DNA of 32,000 nucleotides, taken from Spiroplasma endosymbiont of Antitype chi (GTDB lineage Bacteria; Bacillota_I; Bacilli_A; Mycoplasmatales; Mycoplasmataceae). A program made the position numbers and the translations under genes. Shown piece after piece: positions 1 through 9,202 of the stretch. How positions within the stretch are numbered: position 1 is the first letter of the stretch; the number at the start of each line of letters is the position of its first letter. Under the pieces are notes generated by a model. The model was given only the letters and a program-made list of their open reading frames with translations, did no database searches and had not been told where the DNA came from. The stretch lies in assembly GCA_964019725.1 (NCBI GenBank), contig OZ026467.1:1606794-1638793 (forward strand). The letters are read 5' to 3'.

Positions 1-70
1 TTAATAAAATTAGTTGGTTAAAATGATGGTTGTTCTTCAAAAAAAAATCAGGTTTTAATTCTTTTAAAGT

Positions 71-337
71 TTACATTTTTTCAGATAAAGAACTACCACT
101 AACTTTATTTAAATTAGTTTTAATATCTTCAATTTTAGTAGATGGAACATCTTTAAAAGCCTTTAATTCATCTAATTCATTAGATAATTTAATAAAGTCT
201 TCTTTTGATATAACATCTTCGCGTTTTTGCACACTTTCTCTAATTTGTTTTGCTTCATTATTAAACTGATTTAAGATATTTTCTGCAATCTCTTCACTTA
301 AACCTTGTTCTATTAATTGTTCTTTTGTAAGTGCCAT
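71..337 (-). CDS. hypothetical phage-like protein (88 aa), scaffold/GP20-like N-terminus
   Basis: Track ORF with ATG 335-337 and TAA 71-73. SD AGAGGAG lies at 346-352. The MALTKEQLIEQGLSEE start resembles phage scaffold proteins (weak, by eye). Confidence 0.6.
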   Translation of the reverse strand: MALTKEQLIEQGLSEEIAENILNQFNNEAKQIRESVQKREDVISKEDFIKLSNELDELKAFKDVPSTKIEDIKTNLNKVSGSSLSEKM

Positions 338-777
338 TTTATAAACTCCTCTTTTTTTATCCTTGTCCGATTAACAAGTCAGCATAAACTTTTTTTTATG
401 GTAAAAAATTAAACCTATTTTTTTAACTATATACCAATATTTTAAAAATACAATATTTTTTGTATAAAAATACTAAATAAATAAAATAAAAATGTTATAA
501 TAAAAATAAAATAAAATAATAAAATAAATATTAAAAATAATAAAAGAATGATTATTGAAAAAGAAAAAAATACAAATTTAGGTCGTATAAAAAATTATAG
601 GGTAACTTATATAATTTAAGAAATTAGAACGCTTTAAGCATTCCAATTACACTATTATTTTAAACCAAACTATTTTATTGTCAATATTTATCTCTTATAT
701 TTTTTATTTTTATTATTTTTGCACACTAAAAAATAATTTTTATTTATTTAACATCTTTAAAAATAATAAATTAAAAA

Positions 778-2092
778 CTAAATACTTAAATTTTGAACTT
801 TAAGAACTTCAACTAAATTATTTTTATTAATTACAATATTTTTCATTTCTTTATTATTTTTCATATTCGTTTCACTATTAGTTTTAATCATTGAAGCAGT
901 TAATAAATTATTAAAAGTTAATTTATTATAAATTTTGCCTCCTCTACCTTTAACACTTTTTGCTTTCGAAATATCACCTTCCATATGACAACCAATATTA
1001 TTAGAAAGAATTTGATTACGAATACCTTTTTCATTATTTTTAATATATTTAATTGTTTTTAATAAATAACTTCGTTTATTTCCAACAATATATGGCAAAA
1101 GAGAAATTAATAAATCTAATAATTCATCATATTTGCCATTATAAAAATAGTGTTTTGCTACATTATATTTTATTTCTTGCATTTTATTTCTTTTTCGATA
1201 TGATCATAAATGTTCAAATTTTTTAATTAAATGATACTTATCTAAACTTACATCAAGAATATTATTTTTAAATTCTTTCGCAATAGCATTAGCGATAGTT
1301 TCGATATAATTTGCACCATCACCCAAAACTAAAATCTTTGTATCTTTTTTAATATTATAACTATGCATTGCTTCAATAACTTTATTTGTAAATACCTTAA
1401 TATTAGTTAAATTTTTAATTTTATGTGGAATATTATTTATTTCGAAAACACCTTTTTTATTTTTAATTACTGGTCTTTTTTCGGTTGATTTTTCCTTATC
1501 AAACCCAGTATGTATACTAGAAATTAATATATGTTCTTTTAATTTTTCTTTGGTTTTATCATCTCGCATAGTTTGAAATGTACCATCTGCTTGAACATAT
1601 ATAGTATCTCCAGTAATATCTATTTTATTACTTTGATTAATATGAATATAGTCAATTTTATCTAAATCAACATTCTTATAAATATTTGATATTGTCATAT
1701 TGCTAACTTTTGAATCCGCAACTGTATCTATAACATCATTATATCTTTTTCCATCACCCATAAATGATAATATTTTTTCTCGTAATGAATTTTCTGTTCT
1801 TTGTCATTTTTTAATTTCCAAATATTCGTCTAACAAAAAAAACAGATACTTTTCTTTTTAAAATTTCATCAAAATAATAATATCTTCTTCGAGGAATAGT
1901 TACACGGCATCTTTTTGTTATTATAGTTTTATTTCTTTTTTCTTTTATTTTATATTTTTGATATTCTGGATTTTATTTTGTCATTTTAAACAATTCATCA
2001 TCTTTTTCAATTAATTTTTTAGTAATATCTTCAACATATTTTTTATCATTTTCTTCTTCAGCATCTTTAAAAAAATCGATATTTGTAATCAT
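778..2092 (-). pseudogene. ISLre2-like DDE transposase, disrupted
   Basis: Track ORFs 1204-1761 and 778-1182 join in-frame across TGA 1204-1206. Motifs RRRYYYFDE, LLDEYLEI, YVQADGT, LVLGDGANYI and IGCHMEG look like ISLre2/UPF0236 transposases. The N-terminal part (ATG 2090-2092, SD GGTGG near 2103) has an in-frame TAA at 1973-1975 and sits in a different frame from the body (shift near 1830-1860). Confidence 0.55.
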
Positions 2093-2173
2093 TTTAGCAT
2101 TTCCACCTTCTAATTATTATCAAATAATACTCACACACTAACTCTGCTTTAAATATTTGTCAAGGTTAGTAAT

Positions 2174-2202
2174 AAAAAAAACAAGATTAATAATAATCTT
2201 GT
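2174..2202 (-). terminator. rho-independent terminator
   Basis: 9-bp stem acaagatta/taatcttgt (2181-2189 / 2194-2202) with a 4-nt loop, followed on the minus strand by U7 (A7 at 2174-2180 on plus). Confidence 0.6.
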
Positions 2203-2447
2203 AATAGATAGGAGGTGGCAATAATTAAATATTATTAACTATCTTAATTTTTATTAAAACAAACGGCTATGGTTATCGCCGCATATGCCAAATTATATAT
2301 TCTTTTTTTCTGTCATATTACTTACTTAATCTAGCAAGGATTTTGTATATATAGGTAATACCCACTTTCGCATGACTTTATGCCAACCAGCTTCAAGAAA
2401 CTTTTTAATTCCCATTCAACAAATAGGACTACATCTTTGAATCTTGT
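2174..2447 (-). ncRNA. candidate ~270-nt transcript bounded by its own promoter and terminator (ncRNA or 29-aa peptide mRNA)
   Basis: It lies between promoter 2454-2482 and terminator 2174-2202. It is locally GC-enriched (for example ggcatatgcggcgataaccatagccg). The only ORF is 2326-2415 (MGIKKFLEAGWHKVMRKWVLPIYTKSLLD), which lacks an SD. Confidence 0.25.
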
Positions 2448-2453
2448 TTTATA

Positions 2454-2482
2454 TAGATACTGTCATTAAAATATAATATCAA
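2454..2482 (-). promoter_or_regulatory. sigma70-like promoter, copy a of a conserved module
   Basis: Minus strand: TTGATA (2477-2482), 17-nt spacer ending AATGACAG, then TATCTA (2454-2459). Confidence 0.45.
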
Positions 2483-2693
2483 ATAAAAAAGGTAGCATAA
2501 AAAAAGACAATTAACATTGTCTAAAAAAATAAATATGATATTATTAAATTAATTTAATAAATATAAGGAATGATAAACCAACTATCACTCTATAATATAA
2601 TTATAACATAATTATTATGTTTATCAATAAAAAAAATAGAAATTTAAATGGTTATAATCACTTTTTTAATTAAATTAAGGAGGTGAAAAATAC

Positions 2694-2891
2694 ATGAATA
2701 AAAATAATTAAAATAATTTAGATTTAATTTTAAAAGAAAATAAGGGATTAAAAGAAAGAATATTTTTATTAAAAGAAGAATTTAAAAAATATACAAATGA
2801 TACAAATATTATATTATCTGAACTTGAAGATATAGAAACATTAACAAATAAAGTGTGTAGATGTATGGGAAATAGAATAAATAGGAGTTAA
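2694..2891 (+). pseudogene. small coiled-coil ORF interrupted at codon 6
   Basis: Strong SD AAGGAGGTG at 2678-2686 and ATG at 2694. In-frame TAA at 2709-2711, after which the frame stays open for 59 more codons to TAA 2889-2891. Confidence 0.4.
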
Positions 2892-2946
2892 AAAAATAAT
2901 ATTAATTGCTTGTTAGTATTTTATTTTATAAATAAAAATAGTTTAA

Positions 2947-3117
2947 TTAAACTATTTTTTTACTTATTTCCAAAAATTCAATAGCATCATCAATATTATT
3001 AACTGTTATAGAAATTGATATTGATTATTTAACCTTATTATAATTTTTTTCAACATTAAAATAACCTTTATCGTTTGAGTCATTGATTTTTTTTATTTTT
3101 AAATCATTAATTTTCAT
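2947..3117 (-). pseudogene. small ORF interrupted by in-frame TAA
   Basis: SD AAAGGAG and ATG 3115-3117. TAA at 3025-3027, then 25 more open codons to TAA 2947-2949. A hairpin plus U-run follows. Confidence 0.4.
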
Positions 3118-3150
3118 ATATTTACTCCTTTCGCTTTAATTTACATGACA

Positions 3151-3179
3151 ATGATACCGTCATTAAAATATAATGTCAA
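3151..3179 (-). promoter_or_regulatory. sigma70-like promoter, copy b
   Basis: Minus strand: TTGACA (3174-3179), 17 nt ending AATGACGG, then TATCAT (3151-3156). Confidence 0.55.
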
Positions 3180-3301
3180 ATAAATAATTAAAATAATCTA
3201 CCGTTATTAAGTTTTTTAAACGCTATGGGGGTTAATATATAAATTAATGTTTTTTGTTATTAGTTTTAGATAAAGTTTTATTTACTTTTTTATTTTCATT
3301 T

Positions 3302-3466
3302 TTAAATAAATATTTTTTTTAATTCTTCTTTTTCTTCTTTATTTAATTTTAATTTATTTATCATTCAATAAAACCAACATGTTTCATCACAAAAATAAAA
3401 ATTACTATTTTTTTGCATATTTTTAATAAGACAATTTTTTTTACAACTTTTACAAACTGCATACAT
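3302..3466 (-). CDS. small Cys-rich (CxxC...CxxxC) protein, 54 aa
   Basis: SD AAGGGG and ATG 3464-3466. Open in code 4 (one TGA) to TAA 3302-3304. Sequence: MYAVCKSCKKNCLIKN...FCDETCWFYW. Confidence 0.55.
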
Positions 3467-3505
3467 AAAATTAAAAACCCCTTATTTTAAATTAATTAAA
3501 TAATA

Positions 3506-3913
3506 TTAATCTTCACATTTTAATAAAATATTTAAAAAAATATTTCCGCCCAATTCAATATTAGTACCTTTATAAGCATCAACAACAATTTTATTTATTT
3601 TTATATTTTTAATCTTATTTTGATTTTCAAATAATAATACTAAATCACTAGAATAATCTAATAACAAATTAAAATTTCCTTTATTTATAATTATGTAAAT
3701 ATTTATAACCAAAATACCACTATAAATTTTATTTTCTTTATAAGAAAAATTATCTATACTTTCAATTTTAATAAATAAAAAATTATTATTTTTATTAGAT
3801 ATTGTAAAATTTTTATCATTAAAAATATAAACAGGAATATCGCTTATTTTTTCTTTAATTACTTTTTTTAAAGTTTTTGTTGTTTCATAAGCTTTTAAAA
3901 CAATGTTATACAT
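3506..3913 (-). CDS. hypothetical protein, 135 aa (possibly a tail-completion-like phage remnant)
   Basis: Intact track ORF, ATG to TAA. Confidence 0.65.
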   Translation of the reverse strand: MYNIVLKAYETTKTLKKVIKEKISDIPVYIFNDKNFTISNKNNNFLFIKIESIDNFSYKENKIYSGILVINIYIIINKGNFNLLLDYSSDLVLLFENQNKIKNIKINKIVVDAYKGTNIELGGNIFLNILLKCED

Positions 3914-3934
3914 TTTTCAATACCGCCTTCAAAT

Positions 3935-4549
3935 TTAATTTTTTTTATTTTCTTTTTCTCTATTTTTAAGTTCAAAATATGAATCAATAAATTCAATTAA
4001 CGCTATTATTGGATCTTCTAATTTTTTACAAATCTTATTAATTTCATTAATTCTGGTTTTACTTAAAGAACTAAAATCAATTTCTTGTTTTAAAAATATT
4101 TCTTCTTTCTTTATATCTTGAAATTAATTAACTGTATCAACTAATTTTTTATTTTCTTCTTTTGTATCTTCAAAATCAAGTTTATCAATTATTTCAGAAA
4201 ACCCCAACGCTTTAATTGCCAATTTGTAACTTTTTTTATAAAGTTCTAAATATTTCTCTACTTTTTTATTTAAATCACTAGTATTTATTTTATTTAATGG
4301 TTTATTTTCAAAACTTTGATAATTTTTAACCATTTTTTCATGTTGTTTTTTAAACATTCTCTCTAAACTTTTTAAATTTGCTTTTCTATCCTATTCAATA
4401 TATTTTATATTTTCTGATTTTTCCATTTCTTTTAATGCTTGTTCTGCCATTCCTTTAAATTCACATTTTCTACAAAAGAAAAATTCATTATAACCAGTCA
4501 TATCTTTTTGTAAATCTTTCTTTTTATACATCTCACAAATTTTATACAT
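3935..4549 (-). pseudogene. hypothetical 204-codon ORF with two in-frame stops
   Basis: ATG 4547-4549. A single frame runs to TAA 3935-3937, interrupted only by TAG 4391-4393 and TAA 4124-4126. It contains track ORF 4124-4357. Confidence 0.5.
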
Positions 4550-4617
4550 CTTTTATTCCCACTTTCATTTAATTTAACTAAATATTACCATTTATTCTAC
4601 ACTTATGCACATTAGAC

Positions 4618-4646
4618 TTGAATATATATATATATATATATATAAT
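4618..4646 (+). promoter_or_regulatory. promoter whose 17-nt spacer is a TA dinucleotide repeat
   Basis: TTGAAT (4618-4623), 17 nt of alternating AT, then TATAAT (4641-4646). It lies 39 nt upstream of the lipoprotein ATG. Confidence 0.5.
4622..4644. repeat. (AT)11.5 microsatellite
   Basis: 23 nt of strictly alternating A/T. Confidence 0.9.
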
Positions 4647-4684
4647 GTGACAGTATTCAAAAAAACAGAAGTGGGGCATATAAA

Positions 4685-5176
4685 ATGAAGAAATTACTAA
4701 GTATAATAGGAACAATTAGTTTAATTACTGGCGGAAGTAGCAATTTAATTGCATGTAATAATAATCAATTAACATCAGAAAAATTAACAGAATTAAAAGA
4801 GAAAAACAACAAAACTATAAATGGTAATAAATTAGAATGAATGGCACCACAAGAAAAACCATTTAATGCACTTGACGATAAATGATATGTAGTAATATGG
4901 CGTGGTAAGGAAAATCTTGAATGAAAAATTTTTAAGTTAAAAAATGATGAAAAAATAAGGCTTAAAAATGGCTTTAAATTAGTTCTTGATTATTATGGTA
5001 AAGTTGATGATCCTAATAAAATAAATTTAGTTTTTGATGCTGAAATCAATAATTTAAGAGCAAATGACCAAATTTGAACTAATAATAGTATTAATTTTAA
5101 ATCGGTTTATCGTTGAGATGGAAATTCTGAATCAAACACACCCAAAATTGATAATAATGGAAATATTATAGATTAA
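4685..5176 (+). CDS. surface lipoprotein (163 aa)
   Basis: MKKLLSIIGTISLITGGSSNLIAC is a signal peptide plus lipobox Cys. Open in code 4 (several TGA=W) to TAA 5174-5176. A diverged paralogue lies at 30791-31289. Confidence 0.85.
4853..5121. repeat. left arm of a perfect 269-bp inverted repeat
   Basis: Base-by-base reverse complement of 5373-5647, apart from a 6-bp tandem duplication in the right arm. Confidence 0.95.
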
Positions 5177-5202
5177 AAATGAACAATTAAGTTCATTTTT
5201 TT
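5175..5202. terminator. bidirectional rho-independent terminator
   Basis: Stem aatgaac/gttcatt (5178-5184 / 5191-5197), with an A-run before and T7 after. It lies between the convergent genes. Confidence 0.65.
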
Positions 5203-5314
5203 ACTTTAATTTTGTAGAAAACTCTTTATATTTCAATAAAAATTTAATTTTTATGGGTTTTGAAAAAAATTAATAAAGACTTCATCTAACAAATTATTTT
5301 ATATAAAATAATAT

Positions 5315-6442
5315 TTATTTGATTAGTTCAAAAAAATAAATAGTTTTTCCTTTTATATTTGGATTTTTTACACCATCTCAACGTCAACGATAAACCGATT
5401 TAAAATTAATACTATTATTAGTTCAAATTTGGTCATTTGCTCTTAAATTATTGATTTCAGCATCAAAAACTAAATTTATTTTATTAGGATCATCAACTTT
5501 ACCATAATAATCAAGAACTAATTTAAAGCCATTTTTAAGCCTTATTTTTTCATCATTTTTTAACTTAAAAATTTTTCATTCAAGATTTTCCTTACCACGC
5601 CATATTACTACATATCATTTATCGTCAAGTGCATTAAATGGTTTTTCATTTGGATAAACTTTTGTAAAATGTTCTATTTGATAAATACCGCTATTTTTAA
5701 TATATATTTCAAGTTCATTTAATTCTTGTGTTTTTCTATATTCTAAATTTGTTAAATAATTTTTAATATTTTTTAGTTGGTTTTGTTTTTCTTGTAATAG
5801 TTCTTTTTCTTCTTGTATTTTTTGGGTGATTATTAATAATTTTGATGGGTTATGAGTTGATTCCATTAAAAGTGGTAATAAATATGTACTTTCATCTTTG
5901 ATATTTTCAATAGTTTCAAGATCATAAATATCTTTTTTAAATTTTGCTTTAAAACTTATTAATGGAAATTCATAAATACCGTCATTTGGTTTTTGGTTTA
6001 AATTATCTTGGATTAATTTCGAAACAGTGTTAATTATTTTTATTTCGATGGGATTGCCAAATTCTTTTAATTCACCATTAATTATTTTTGCTTCTTTACT
6101 TAAATCCACTCTAATTACCATATAATAATTTTCATTATTTGCTACATAATCTTTATCTACAAGTAATTTGGTATTTTTTTCTAATTTAATAATACGACCA
6201 CAAACACTTAAATATAATTGCGAATTAAAAGTAAATTCAACACATCTATCTGTTATTTTATATGTATATTTTAATTTTTCACTTTCATTTTTGATTAAAA
6301 AACCTGTTGAATTTTTATATATAGTTTCACTATTAGGTAAAAGTTTTTTTGTTTGTTGTTTTAATAATAAATCGTATAATATTGCTTGGTCTTTCGCTAA
6401 AACAATATTGCCGTTATCAAATGTTATTTTTCTAATTCCCAT
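5315..6442 (-). CDS. tail fibre / receptor-binding protein 2 (375 aa) with a lipoprotein-derived C-terminal domain
   Basis: Track ORF 5615-6442 continues across TGAs to TAA 5315-5317. The N-terminal ~270 aa are paralogous to 7010-7630 (GRxxxxExNT, GIYExxLIS). The C-terminal ~90 aa are encoded by the inverted repeat. Confidence 0.75.
5373..5647. repeat. right arm of the inverted repeat
   Basis: Reverse complement of 4853-5121, with tcaacg duplicated in tandem at 5378-5389. Confidence 0.95.
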
Positions 6443-6454
6443 TTTTTATTTCCT

Positions 6455-6655
6455 TTATTTTTTGTCATTATCATTTTTGATTATTGTTTCTATTTTTTCA
6501 TTATCTAATTTATCGCATTCTTTTTTAATTTTATCTTTTAATTTAATTAGTAATTTATTAAATTGTGCTAGTAATGCGGGGATTCCTAGTGTTAATCCGT
6601 GAATAGTTCAGTATAGTATTCTTAAAAAGAATAGTTTAATTTTTTTATTTTTCAT
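6455..6655 (-). CDS. small single-TM protein, holin-like (66 aa)
   Basis: ATG 6653-6655 overlaps the upstream stop. Open in code 4 to TAA 6455-6457. Hydrophobic segment: WTIHGLTLGIPALLA. Confidence 0.55.
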
Positions 6656-7010
6656 TTTTATTATCTCCTTGTTTATGTTTGATATTTATTTCGTTGTTGT
6701 TTGATAATTTGTTGTTGAAATTAACAGTCATAATATCTAGTTTTGTTTCAATTCGCAAAATGGATAATTGAATTTCGCTTTTTAATTCGTTAAATTCTTT
6801 AATGTAAATATTATTTATATTTTGTATATTTGTTATTTCTTTGTTGATTGTTTTTAATTCGCTTTTAATATTTTCATTTTCTTTTTGTAAATTAGCACTT
6901 TGTTCTTTAATATTTTTATTTTTTTTATTTAATAACACCGCAATAGTTCCAGTTCCTCCACCAGTTAATAATGATAATATAATTGCAAATATTTCAAGTA
7001 CTTGTTCCAT
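6645..7010 (-). CDS. N-terminally membrane-anchored coiled-coil protein (121 aa), possible holin or lysis factor
   Basis: Intact track ORF with SD AAAGGAG. TM segment VLEIFAIILSLLTGGGTGTIAVLL. Confidence 0.7.
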   Translation of the reverse strand: MEQVLEIFAIILSLLTGGGTGTIAVLLNKKNKNIKEQSANLQKENENIKSELKTINKEITNIQNINNIYIKEFNELKSEIQLSILRIETKLDIMTVNFNNKLSNNNEINIKHKQGDNKNEK

Positions 7011-7630
7011 TAAACATTAAATCTCCTTTTAATATTAATAATTTCATTATTTATTCGTGTTTCTAAATCTTTTGCTTTTTGATCAGTATTATTAATTTCA
7101 TTGTTTATTTTTTCATATTCTTGTTTAATGTTTTTAATTTCAGTTATATTTTTAGTTAATTGATTAATTTCAATGTAATTTAATAATTCTTTAATATTTG
7201 TAATATTATTTGATGTTGCTTGATAACTAATTAATGCTATTTCATAAATGCCATTTTCTTTATTGATTAGATTGTCATTTTGTAAATTTGGACTTGATCC
7301 GTTATTGTATTTAATTTCTAAATTAACTGGATCAGATTGTCCTAAATTAACTTTTATTATTACATATCCTTAATAAGTTTCATTTGGATTACTGGGTTGA
7401 ATTAATTCTATTTCTGTATTTTCTTCAATTTCTAATAATCTGCCATAAATTAAAATATAGTTTTGATTAAAAGTTATTTTGTTATTATTTTGCGTATAAA
7501 GTACTTTTTCATTGTTTTTAATAATCCCCGCTTTATTTTCTGTGTTATTTGATAAAAAATAATTTTGTATGTTTGCGTCATCTACGGATTCAATATTATG
7601 ATTATTAAATGTTTTTCCTACGACTGCCAA
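7010..7630 (-). pseudogene. tail fibre paralogue 1, interrupted by one TAA
   Basis: SD GAGGTG and TTG start at 7628-7630. In-frame TAA at 7370-7372. The same frame then stays open for 119 more codons to TAA 7010-7012, checked codon by codon. Confidence 0.6.
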
Positions 7631-7658
7631 TTTTATTCACCTCATTTGGTCGTGTGTC

Positions 7659-7687
7659 ATCATACCGTCATTAATTAAAATTGTCTA
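7659..7687 (-). promoter_or_regulatory. sigma70-like promoter, copy c
   Basis: Minus strand: TAGACA (7682-7687), 17 nt ending AATGACGG, then TATGAT (7659-7664). Confidence 0.5.
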
Positions 7688-7693
7688 TTAAAA

Positions 7694-9202
7694 TTAAATA
7701 TTTTTTGTTTTTAACATATCAATAAAATTAATTCTTGCTTTGCCAAATAATAAATGAATAGTGTTTTTGTTATTTTCATATTGAATTGCAGATAATATTG
7801 TTTCATATTATTTGTTATTAAAATATAAAATAAATTTATCACCTAATTTTATTTTGTTTAAATCTAAAATATTTGTATTTTTACTAATATCAAATTCTAT
7901 TGAATGTGAATATTTGCTTTGTTGTAATTCTTGTTTAGCATAATCAAATATATTAATTTTTTTATCTAATTTAGCAGTTTTATTTATAATTGGTAAAATT
8001 CTGTTTTTAATATCATTTTTATTTTTAATATTTTCAATATATTTTTTAACATCCGCTAAATTTTTTAATTCTATTTGTAGTTCTGTTATAAATTTTTTTA
8101 ATTCTAAAAATTCATTTCAATTTAAAATGCTATATTTTGCTATTTCATTTCAAGTATTTTCATTATTTGGAACAGAAAATAAAAATTGTCTCATTAGTTG
8201 TGGTTTTAAATCTTTTAAAATTTCTTTATCTGTTTCACTAATACCAGTATCTCTATAACCTGTTTCTTCTTTAACATAAAAATTTCATAAATTATTTTCT
8301 TTTTTTAATTTAAAACCATCACCTCATTTTAACTTTGTTCCAATCGGAAAATTTTTAATTAATTCTAGTGTAATTTTTTCTTTTTCAAAGGTAAATTTTA
8401 TTTCTTTTGAAATTTTATTTCAAATATTTAAAATATTATTTCAATTTTCCAATGTTTTATTATTAATAATTTCATTATTTTTAAGTAAATACCAACTTTC
8501 TTTAAAGTTATTATTTTCATCATAAATATCTAATTTATTAATTAATTGTTTATAAAAGTCATCTATTTTCAAATTATAAATATTATTAATGTTATCTTTT
8601 AAATAATAATTTTCGTTATTTGGTGAATTAAAAGTTATATTAATTTTTTTATTTTTTATGTCTAATTCAAAAGATACATAATTTTTTGTTTGGTCATAAG
8701 CGATTTTATAAAAATCAAATAAACTTATTTCTATTTCATTTTTATTAAAAAAAGTAAACTTGGTTGTTGCTGTTTTATCAATTAATTTTAAGTTATTTTC
8801 TAAAAAATCGTTTAAAAAATTATCTTGATTAAAATAATCTTTTATTTTTTCTTTAATTAATACAGCCATGTCACGGTCAACTATATTTTTAACTAATATT
8901 TTAAAATCAAATATTCCAATTATTGATTTACAACTAACTATGCAAGATTTATTTTCTTTAATATTTTCGATATTTGTTATTATTCCTAAATATATTTTTT
9001 GATTAATATCATTATTTATATAAACATAATCACCAATAACAGCGTTTATATTATTTTTACTTAATGTAAATTTTGAAACTTGTAAAACATAAATATCTTC
9101 ATAAATATTATACTTTTCAACAATACTATTATCTTTAAAGTTTAAATTAATTTATGAAAAAATATTAATATTAAGATAATTAGACTGATAAATATTCTTC
9201 AT
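7694..9202 (-). pseudogene. large tail/baseplate protein (Tal-like position), two in-frame TAA
   Basis: ATG 9200-9202. One frame of 502 codons runs to TAA 7694-7696, checked codon by codon. The only interruptions are TAA 9152-9154 and TAA 7808-7810. Contains track ORF 8441-8869. Confidence 0.6.

Noticed and set aside
722-2141. 8-bp direct repeat cacactaa (722-729 and 2134-2141) as the target-site duplication of the ISLre2-like element
   Set aside because: The sequences just inside the two copies show no convincing terminal inverted repeats, and an 8-mer match is weak evidence in 1.4 kb. The IS boundaries are left undefined.
2340-2385. Group II intron domain V-like hairpin around catgcGAAAgtggg
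   Set aside because: The flanks of the GAAA loop pair only through 2-3 wobble pairs. There is no AGC triad helix, and no intron-encoded protein is nearby.
4610-4619. 10-nt identity (cattagactt) between the lipoprotein promoter region and the left arm/ATG junction of the 27832 element
   Set aside because: This is a single short match with no extension on either side. It is noted in case a genome-wide search of the 17-mer arm turns up related sites.
4853-5647. Diversity-generating retroelement (template/variable repeat pair at a tail-fibre C-terminus)
   Set aside because: The two copies are inverted and identical, with no adenine-specific mismatches. No reverse transcriptase or accessory gene is present in the window.
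6168-6602. Plus-strand track ORF of 144 aa. The same applies to plus-strand ORFs 30-269, 9312-9497, 10659-11012, 12774-12989, 15535-15741, 16129-16512, 17180-17401, 18454-18651, 21650-21916, 22231-22416 and 23353-23700, and to minus-strand ORFs 12851-13036 and 30716-30919.
   Set aside because: All lie antisense to, or out of frame within, well-supported phage or surface-protein genes. They have low-complexity Phe/Leu/Ile/Ser-rich translations typical of AT-rich antisense frames, and they lack Shine-Dalgarno sequences.
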